Source: Candidatus Marinacidobacterales bacterium (GTDB taxonomy: Bacteria > Acidobacteriota > Vicinamibacteria > Marinacidobacterales > SMYC01). Taken from it: a DNA stretch of 64,000 bases. Every line of letters starts with the position of its first letter. The stretch's first letter is position 1. The translations under genes and the position numbers were made by a program. The notes beneath the pieces are model-generated. The model was not told where the DNA came from. It saw only the letters and a program-made list of their open reading frames with translations, and did not search any database. Below are positions 53,886 to 61,888 of the stretch, one piece after another. Location of the stretch: NCBI GenBank assembly GCA_965237955.1, contig OZ250169.1, forward strand, positions 7,968,001 to 8,032,000, written 5' to 3'.

Positions 53886-54972
53886 TGCCTTGGTGCACAA
53901 CTCGCGATCTCGGTCCACAATTGTCCTTTACTCACGGATTCGAGGTTCCCCATGAGCATTTTCAAACGCACTCAGCGGAAGTATGTGAAGAAGGCCTATC
54001 GCGTGAGGAATTGGCGTGAATATGAGGCGGGTCTACGCAACCGTGGGAGCCTGACCGTCTGGATCTCGCTCACCGCCGGCAAGCTTGTGAACTGGGACGC
54101 GCCCCGGCCGAGGAGGAGGAAACCGGGCCGTCAACGCAAGTACTCGAACCACGCCATCGAGACGGCTGTCACCCTGGGCATGGTGTTTCATCTGTCATCT
54201 AGGCAGAGCGAGGGATTGCTGCGATCGTTGTTCGCTCTGATGAAGCTAGACAATGATGTGCCCGATCACACCACGATCTCGAGGCGCAAGGCGAAGCTGG
54301 GTAAGGTCCCCTTCTACCAAGACAAGCAGAAGACGCCGTTGCACATCTTGATCGACAGCAGCGGTCTCGCTGTCCACGCCGGCCAGCTGCGCAGAGCACC
54401 AAAGAGCAGGGACTATCGCAAGCTCCATCTGTGTGTCGACGAGCAGAGTGGCGAAGTCGTCGCCGGCGAGCTGACGAGCAAAAGAGCCCGCGATTCATCG
54501 CGGGTTGCATCGCTTGTCGGACAGATCGACAGTCCCATCTCATCGGCCAGAGCTGACACCGCATACGACGCCGGCGGCGTCTATGAGGCGATCGAGAATC
54601 ACAGCGCTCATTGCTCGCCGAGGGTGCTGATACCGCCGCGCAAGGGCGCCCAGCTCGCATCGGGGCCGGCGAGCAGCCGACAGCGCAATCGCAACATTGC
54701 AGCACAAGCTCGGCTCGGCAAACGAAAGTGGCACACAGAATCGGGCTACAGCAAACGGAGCAAAGTCGAGACAACGTTCCATCGCTACAAGGCTATCGTG
54801 GGCTCAGCGATGCGAGCGAGAGGGTTGGCGGCACAGAGAGTCGAGGCAAGGATCGGGTGCAAGATTCTCAACACCATGACGGCGCTCGGGATGCCTGATA
54901 GCGAGATGATCGGATGATGGGAGTCGGGGCCAAGCGAGCTCTCGGCCTCTATCGGAGTTGTGCACCAAGGCA
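53886..54972 (+). mobile_element. IS903-group element 'B' (transposase 53952..54917)
   Basis: IRs TGCCTTGGTGCACAACTC; NWREYEAGLRNRGSLTVW, IDSSG, RKLH; no TSD. Confidence 0.92.
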
Positions 54973-55173
54973 ATTCTCGGCCACGAGATACTCGTTCCGC
55001 AGTAGCAGGTCCTCATCCACGGAACCTGAAATGTAGGCCAGCATCGTCTTCCAGTCCATCGCGACTCCTTCCGAAGAATGGAATACCTATACGACCGCGA
55101 TGGCGGTTTCAAGTGACCTGCGGGTTCATCGAACGTGCTGAGCCGCTGGCCGTTCGAGTATTTTGACCGCACG
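54973..55173 (-). mobile_element. 5' end of the third rve element family
   Basis: End CGTGCGGTCAAAATACTC; MDWKTMLAYISGSVDEDLLLRNEYLVAEN. Confidence 0.7.
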
Positions 55174-55400
55174 GGAACGGTGGCAACCGTTTCCGTGCCC
55201 ATCGGGATTCCGCTGGCGATGTGCCGTGCTAGAGGCCAAGTAATGATGAGAGCGAGCAGGAAGTAAACGACGAGCTCGAGAATACGAAACGCCGGCTCTG
55301 GAAGAACAGTCCCGGCAGGAGGCGCGCTGGTTCCGTCGTCACGGCCAGCTTTGACGCCTCTCGAGCGCGATTTCTCGGACGTCGTGCGGCGACGGCTCAA
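55174..55400 (-). pseudogene. 5' fragment of a membrane protein
   Basis: YFLLALIITWPLARH; overlaps the upstream stop and is cut by an element end. Confidence 0.55.
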
Positions 55401-58156
55401 TGTTCCTGCTGAGTTTGCTCGGGGGTTCGCGCAGTGCCCTCGTCGAGCTCATCAAGGTGCTCGCGCAAGGCACGAACCCTCTCCTCGTATCCTTGGATCA
55501 GCTCCTGGAGCTCGTCTCTGTTCTGCTCGAGCTCGCTCGCACCGCTGGTAGCATCTCCAGTGGCATAGAGGCGGTTGAACTCTTCCATCGCGCGGAACGC
55601 TCCACCACCATCGCCCGCATGATCGAGCACTCGGGCGACATGAAGGCTCAGGCCAGCTCGCACGTGGCCGAGCTCCATTGGTGACAGCTCGCGCAGGTAC
55701 GGGTCGTTTTCTGGCGGCGCGGCGATCCAAAGCTCGGCGAGAAGCTCGACGAGCTCCTTCCCAACGAGCCACGAAGTCTCGTTGGCCCGACCCCGCCGAT
55801 GCGTGACCGGGGCGTTGTACTCGATGAAAGGGCGATCATCCGTATTCACCGGGTAGGTTCGAAGAAGCCTTTCCGCCGCCATGAGGTTTCCCGAGTACTG
55901 CAGCAAAACGTCGCGGAATCCAAGGGGAGGGACCTCCGCGTCGGCATCGTCTCCGGAGTCGACGCGCTGCTCCCTGAGTGCGATGTTGCCAGATTCTGCC
56001 AATCGGCGCTCGATGGCGTCGCGGTCGAGCGGTGCCGCGTTCCGATGGCCTACGAGCGCGACCGTCTCCCAGCCGGGAGCGATGGTTCCGCGCCAAAGGG
56101 TCACCAGCGCAAAAACTTCACACATCGTGCGGGCGACCACGCCGAGCTCCTTCCGGGAGATTTGGTAGAGTGGAAGCCACTGCACATAGAGTCCTCCATC
56201 CTTCAGCCGGTCTCGCGCGACCTCGTAGTGCTCCAAGCTGTACAGGCTGCCTACGCCCGCCTTCCACGGCATGAACAGGTCGGCCACGATGACGTCGAAC
56301 CGCTCCGATGTCCCTAACAGATAGTTGCGGCCGTCCTCCGCCACCACACTAGCCCTCGGGTCCTCGAAAAGCCCGTGCACATAGGGCTCGAAATACGTGC
56401 GCGCCGCCTCGACGACGTCGGCCCCGAGCTCGCTAACCACGACACGCTCGACTGGATGTACGAGGGCGGCCCCTGCAGTAATGCCCGTCCCCATACCGAG
56501 AAAGAAAATGGAATCGGGTTGGGGGTGGAGGAGCAAGGGAAGATGTGTCTGCCCCTCCTCGAATGCCGAAGCACCCGTACCTCCCAGGGAGTAGTCGTTG
56601 TCCATCTTGATGGTGAGCGATGCGGGCTGCCGGATCACAGAGACGATGCCCGAGCTGCCTTCCCAGACCTCGAGAATGCTCTCTCCCTTCTCGAGCGGAT
56701 CGACCTTCACGATCGGCAGCCGCGAAGGATCGAGAAAGGACACGAGAAGCAAGAGACCACCGAGAGGAATGGCCCGGACGAGCTTTTTATTGATCTCCAC
56801 CTTGTGTGCCACGAGAAGGGCCGCGCAAAAGTAAGCAGCCGCCACGAGTCGGATGCTGGCCCAGAGACCAAAAAGATCCAAGAGGACGAAGCCGGCCACG
56901 AGCGATCCAACGACGGCGCCTACCGTGTTGATCGCCGTGAGGTCGCCCACCGTTCGTCCGGCGCCTGTCGAGAGGGGCTCGGCCAAGTGCAACAGGTAGG
57001 GAAAGAGGGTTCCGAGAAGAATGCCGGGTATCAGCATCACGGAAGCGGCACACCAGAACGAGCCGATCATGTAGCCACCAAAGCTCAACCCTCCCCCGAA
57101 ATACTCCAGCCCGTTCGTCATCCAGTTGAAAACGAAGGGCGTCGTGGCGACGAGAAGCGCGGAGGCGGTCAGGATAGCGAAGAGTAGAAAGATCGGCTCG
57201 CGACCTTTTCGAATGAGCCAGCTCGCCAAGGCCGCTCCGATCGCGAGGGCGAGGAGGAAGGTCACCAGGATCGTCGAGAAGGTGTATACCGAGTTCTGGA
57301 GCACCTGGGCGAACATCCGTGTCCAGAGCACTTCGAGGCTCAAGGCGGCAAACCCGGAAAAGAACGCCAGCGCACGAATGCCGTCTCGGGACAAATCCGA
57401 GACGATCTGTTCGGCGTCCCCCGCTTGCTCCGGTAGCGCGCTTTCGGCGGCGGCCGTTGTCGAGCTCAGAGCCCAAGCGACAACGGCGGCGGCGGCCGTC
57501 ACTGCCATGGCGACGAAATAGGATCTCGCGAAACCCAGCTCGCGGGGCAGAACGAAACCGGCCGCGAAAGCACCGAAAGCGGCACCCAAGGTGTTGACGG
57601 CATAGAGGACCGAAGCGATCCGGCCGAGGGTTTCCGGACTCCGGACGAGGTGCTGGCTCATCATGGGCAGCGTTCCGCCCATGAAAAAAGACGGCGGAAA
57701 CAGCACCATCATGGCCAGTAAGAACTTCACCGCCAAGAAGAGAGCCGGCCGGTCCCCCAAGGCCTGAAACAGCGGCGCATACACGGCGTGATACAGATCG
57801 AGTAAGAGAAAGTACGCAAGCGCGCTCAGGCTCACCCCGGCTTCCAGAAGCGCGTAGGCCGCGAGCGGTTTGCTCAGGCCACCGGCGCGCCTTCCCCAGA
57901 AGCGCGCTCCGGCAACGAGGCCGAGAAAGAACGCGGCCAAGGTGGTGGCCGCGGCATGGGACGTGTTGCCGAAGAGGAGTCCGAGCTCCTTCATCCAGAG
58001 GACTTCGTACACGAGACCCGCAAAACCGGAGGCGAAGAACAGGACGAGAGTGGATCCGACGTGGAAGCGCGCGAGCTCAACGGTCGGCGCCACTCGGGAC
58101 AAGCTCTCCATCTCGGCGTGCTCTTTCCCCATGGGACGTCCACCTTCGAGTTGCAT
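55397..58156 (-). CDS. Fused MFS-like membrane domain/spermidine synthase-like methyltransferase
   Basis: SGFAGLVYEVLW repeats, LGMGTGITAG, EDGRNYL, FDVIVAD, VQWLPLY; start may be 58132. Confidence 0.88.
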   Translation of the reverse strand: MQLEGGRPMGKEHAEMESLSRVAPTVELARFHVGSTLVLFFASGFAGLVYEVLWMKELGLLFGNTSHAAATTLAAFFLGLVAGARFWGRRAGGLSKPLAAYALLEAGVSLSALAYFLLLDLYHAVYAPLFQALGDRPALFLAVKFLLAMMVLFPPSFFMGGTLPMMSQHLVRSPETLGRIASVLYAVNTLGAAFGAFAAGFVLPRELGFARSYFVAMAVTAAAAVVAWALSSTTAAAESALPEQAGDAEQIVSDLSRDGIRALAFFSGFAALSLEVLWTRMFAQVLQNSVYTFSTILVTFLLALAIGAALASWLIRKGREPIFLLFAILTASALLVATTPFVFNWMTNGLEYFGGGLSFGGYMIGSFWCAASVMLIPGILLGTLFPYLLHLAEPLSTGAGRTVGDLTAINTVGAVVGSLVAGFVLLDLFGLWASIRLVAAAYFCAALLVAHKVEINKKLVRAIPLGGLLLLVSFLDPSRLPIVKVDPLEKGESILEVWEGSSGIVSVIRQPASLTIKMDNDYSLGGTGASAFEEGQTHLPLLLHPQPDSIFFLGMGTGITAGAALVHPVERVVVSELGADVVEAARTYFEPYVHGLFEDPRASVVAEDGRNYLLGTSERFDVIVADLFMPWKAGVGSLYSLEHYEVARDRLKDGGLYVQWLPLYQISRKELGVVARTMCEVFALVTLWRGTIAPGWETVALVGHRNAAPLDRDAIERRLAESGNIALREQRVDSGDDADAEVPPLGFRDVLLQYSGNLMAAERLLRTYPVNTDDRPFIEYNAPVTHRRGRANETSWLVGKELVELLAELWIAAPPENDPYLRELSPMELGHVRAGLSLHVARVLDHAGDGGGAFRAMEEFNRLYATGDATSGASELEQNRDELQELIQGYEERVRALREHLDELDEGTARTPEQTQQEH

Positions 58157-58195
58157 ATCAGATTCTTACGCTGATTCCTGTCATCATCTCGTCGA

Positions 58196-58769
58196 GTGGC
58201 CCGCGTGCAACCGCAGCAAGACGAAATCCGCCGGGTTAACGACTTCGACCGCCGGGAACCCGACAGGTCGGGCCACGTCTCCGGCCGCCGTAGCTACCTC
58301 AAAGCCGCTCTCCCCGTCGCGCTGGCGGGGTTGTTGCTGGGTGTCGCTTCCTATCTTTTCTTCGACCCTGCCCTTCTCGATTCCGCGCCCGATTTGCATC
58401 TCTCCCAGCTGGTGCAGGGCCTTCTGGCCTCGCTCGCCGTGGCCATTTTGGTCGTTTGGTACCACGGCGCTCGTCGTGATCCCACCTTCCCGCGGACGTC
58501 GGATGCCCTTTCTCTTCCCTTGCGCGGCGACCGTGTGCGCCGCCATGCGCAGTGGTTCGTGCAGATGAGGTGGGTCGCCGTAGCAGTGAGCCTCGCCCTC
58601 ATCTTCATCGCCGTCTTCCTTTCGGAGATTCTACCCTATGCGGCACTCCCCACTCTTCTCGCGTGGTGGGTCGCCCTGATAGGGACGAACGTCTGGTTCG
58701 CCCGACGGCTGCGATGGGCTCAAGATCTGGAAAAGGAGATCGTGCTCCAAGCCTCGGTGGATCTAGTTC
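58196..58769 (+). pseudogene. 5' membrane part of a probable sensor kinase
   Basis: TM helices, WFVQMRWVAV, LQASVDL; then fused to unrelated DNA. Confidence 0.45.
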
Positions 58770-59124
58770 ACGGGCTCACCGCTTCTGTTGACACTTCTGT
58801 GCCTCGTGGTGCTCCAGGGTGGCGAGATCCCGAAACGCCGCGCCGACTTCTACCGGCAGTGTCTCGAAGTGCTCCTGAGCAAGTGGCGAAAACCCCTGGT
58901 CGACGTCGACGCGGCGGTCTCCATTCTTCGCCAGCTCGCCTACAAGCTTCACACGCGAGGAAAGACCGACGATCTCTCGAAGATGGAGTTCCTTTCCCTT
59001 GCGAAACGCCGCCTCGAGGAGCTGAAGCTGAAGCCAACGCCTCTAGAGCTTCTCACCTGGCTTCACCAGCAAGCCGGCGTGCTCCAGGAGTTCCGGACGA
59101 ACCGGTACGGCTTCTCGCATCTCG
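58770..59124 (+). pseudogene. Internal fragment of a NACHT/STAND NTPase
   Basis: SPLLLTLLC (GxP-like), RRADFY, YGFSHL winged-helix motif. Confidence 0.7.
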
Positions 59125-59482
59125 GACGACGCGGAGAGGGTTCATCCGTTCGTGCTCGTCGCCTTGGAGCTTGCGTGGCGGTTCGGGAACGCCTCTCAGG
59201 ATGGGTATCGTGAACAGAATCCACCAGATGGCGACGCTTAGAAACGCGTACCGGGATGCCTCGGCTCCGTCGGCGAACCCGAACTTGTCCGGCCAACTGA
59301 TCCACGCAAAATGCAGGGCGAGGAGTAGTCCGCCCCCGACGTAGCCTATTGCGTAGCCGGCGGTGGAAACGCGGTCGATCTCGTCGGGCTTGGCGACGTG
59401 CGGCAGGAGCGACTCGTAGAAGACGTTTCCGGAGGCGAACCCGATGTTCCCGATGATGAACGCGACCGATGCGAACAACCAT
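59125..59482 (-). pseudogene. Internal fragment of a UMF1-type MFS transporter
   Basis: [34 protein letters not shown]. Confidence 0.75.
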
Positions 59483-59622
59483 TGGCCCTCGGTCGCGAAG
59501 AAGAGCTACGGCGTGTCCGGTCTCTGGGTTGGGATGCTCGTGGGACCGTGCTTCGTGGGAGCGGTCCTGCTGCCGGTTTGGACCTGCCGTCTGAGAAGCT
59601 ACTCGAGCCCAGCGTAGGCGTC

Positions 59623-59918
59623 GGTACTTTTCGGTGAACGAACGGATTTCGTTCATTCCCCGATGACCTCCGCCCATTCGGGCGGTGCCATTGCTGTCAA
59701 GTTGGGAGCGCGGACCACAAGATATGGGCGTTGCTACACCTAGTCCCCTGTATCAGAACAAACTAGATAAAGCAGAGCTTGCCGAAACACTTCTAAGTGC
59801 ATGAATCTTATGAATCTTATGGGCTGGCGAAAAGCCTAACTTTGTATAGTAATCAAAGATCCAGGGGACTAGCCTGACCACACCATATTGTGGTACCTCA
59901 CCTTAATTTGACAATATC
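59623..59918 (+). mobile_element. Second copy of the IS6-like non-coding element, interrupted by the IS630 MITE
   Basis: GGTACTTTTCGGTGAAC..ATTGCTGTCAAGTTG..AATTTGACAATATC, homologous to 50016..50201. Confidence 0.6.
59740..59872 (+). mobile_element. 133-bp IS630-related MITE, copy 3
   Basis: Near-identical to 24919..25051; CTAG at both ends. Confidence 0.9.
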
Positions 59919-60046
59919 GGGCCGATGCTCCGAGCTTTCAAACCGGCAAGCTCGGAGATGTCCGTCTGGGACCGCGCCGTTGACGCCGCGGCAAGGATGG
60001 TCATGAGGAAAATCGCCAAAAGGCGGGGGGAAAGATCCGCGTGCAT
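59919..60046 (-). pseudogene. 5' stub of a VPS10-type hydrolase
   Basis: GGGAG RBS, signal peptide, LAGLKARSIGP motif. Confidence 0.55.
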
Positions 60047-60437
60047 CGTGGCTGACTCCCTGTATTGAATTTTGGTAAATTTCGTGCGTCCCCCGGGCGT
60101 TGCCGCACGGAATACTACACCATCACCGCGAGGGTCACATCACCTTGCTTGTGGCGTTCAAAAAAATCGCCGGTTAACCATGATTCCGACTATTTGGGTT
60201 AAAAATCCAATCTCCCGAAGGCGCCGATCCATCGTTCTGAACGACGGATTCGTCAGTCGCTAGTCCCTCCAAGCTATTCTCAGATAGAAGATTAATCTGA
60301 TCGAGGGTTCCGGACTGACCGTCTGGTCGGTCGGATGACATCCAAATTTTTGAACAGGAAAGGGTATCGGGCAGGGGTACGGCCATCTAACACGTTTATT
60401 TCTATGGACTTATGTGTTATTTTTCGGTGGCTGGCAG

Positions 60438-60453
60438 TGGAATACAACTTGCA
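60438..60453 (+). promoter_or_regulatory. Putative sigma54 (-24/-12) promoter of the TonB receptor gene
   Basis: TGGAATACAACTTGCA has GG-N10-GC spacing, about 30 bp upstream of the AGGAGG RBS. Confidence 0.5.
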
Positions 60454-60503
60454 TATGTTCGCGCAGGAGTCTTACATTCACAGGAGGTAGAACTAAATGT
60501 TAT

Positions 60504-61887
60504 GGGTCTACGCGGGTTCGTGTGGGTTGAAAACGGCATTTCTGGGTAATGGCGGAAGGAATGCCGCCACGATCTTCAGCTTGAGATATCCCTCGTCACG
60601 ATAGCCGTAGGCGCGTCGTTGCAGAACACGGATTTTGTTGTTGACCCCTTCAACCAGTCCGAGACTGACTTTGTTCTCAGGATGACAGTAGGAGGCGATA
60701 CCATCCCAATGGGACTCAATCATTCCGGCGAACTTCTGGTAGGGATGCAGGCGCTGCCATTTGAGGCTGTCTTTCCAACGTGTGAAAAAGGCGCGAGCCC
60801 CGCGTTCGGTGCGGTAATCCCAGAGTTGCCCGAAGGCCTCCTTCAAAACATAGGCGGTGTTCAGGCGCCGGTTGGCCTGGAGCAACTTCTTGAGTGCGCG
60901 GCGACCGTCCAGGCTCAGGTTCTCCCGCCGGGAAAGCAACGTGTAACGCTGCCCCTTGATATACGACCGGTCCTCGCCGCTGAGGCGTTTGTACTCACGG
61001 CGCCGGACCTCATCGAGAGCCTTTGACAGGTGACGCATGATATGAAACTTGTCGAAGATGATCCGCGCATTGGGTGCGTTGTTAATCACCGAGTTCCGGA
61101 AGGGCTTCCACATATCCATGGCGGCCAGCTTGATACGGGCGCTTTTCTTCCCGCCCAGCGCCTTGAAGAACAAATCGATGTCGGTTTCTTTGCGACCCTC
61201 ACCGCCCACCCAGATGGGACGCGCCCGCTCCAGGTCGCTGACAATGACACGATAGTTATGTCCCTTGCGGATGGAGATCTCATCGATACCGATGGCCCGA
61301 GGCGCCGGCAGCCCCGCCCGCTCGACTTGCTCTTGCATGTAGAGCTTATCCAGGTCCTTCACCGTAGTGTGGTGCAGACGTTCCATCTCGGCCACCGCCT
61401 TGTTCGGCATATCCCGGCACAGCTTGCCCACATGCGTCGCAAAGCGCTGGGTGTAGCGCGGGTTGTTCGCCAGCCAGTCCAAGTGTTCTACATGCACACC
61501 ACCGCACCCACGACAGTTGACGCGCCAACGCTCGTATTCCAGATAGATCCGCCAGCCTGCCAACGACAGGTCGCGGACCCGGCACACTTGCTTGTCATAG
61601 CGCCCCCGGCACCGATGCCCACAGTACGAGCACACGGCTGTTTTTTTCGCCTCTTGAGCTGGATGACGCGGGCGTATCGGTCACCGAATACACCGTTCAA
61701 TCGGGCGCCAGCCACGAAACCTGGTAGCGCAAAAAGCGAGCGGATCGACTGGGGATTTTTCACTCGGTTAGCCTATCCGAAAAACGGATCACTTCTCAGC
61801 ACCTGATGAAGTGCTGAATACCTTTTCCACACAATGAGTTACACTATTTCTCCGTCAGCATTCGCCCACAGATTTCCGCGTAGACCC
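60504..61887 (-). mobile_element. ISL3-family element with 8-bp TSD AATGTTAT; transposase in two frames (A7 slippery site near 61645)
   Basis: IRs GGGTCTACGCGG; zinc finger, GIDE, MDMW, FDKFH, EGVNNKI, RRAYGYR. Confidence 0.93.
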
Positions 61888-61888
61888 A

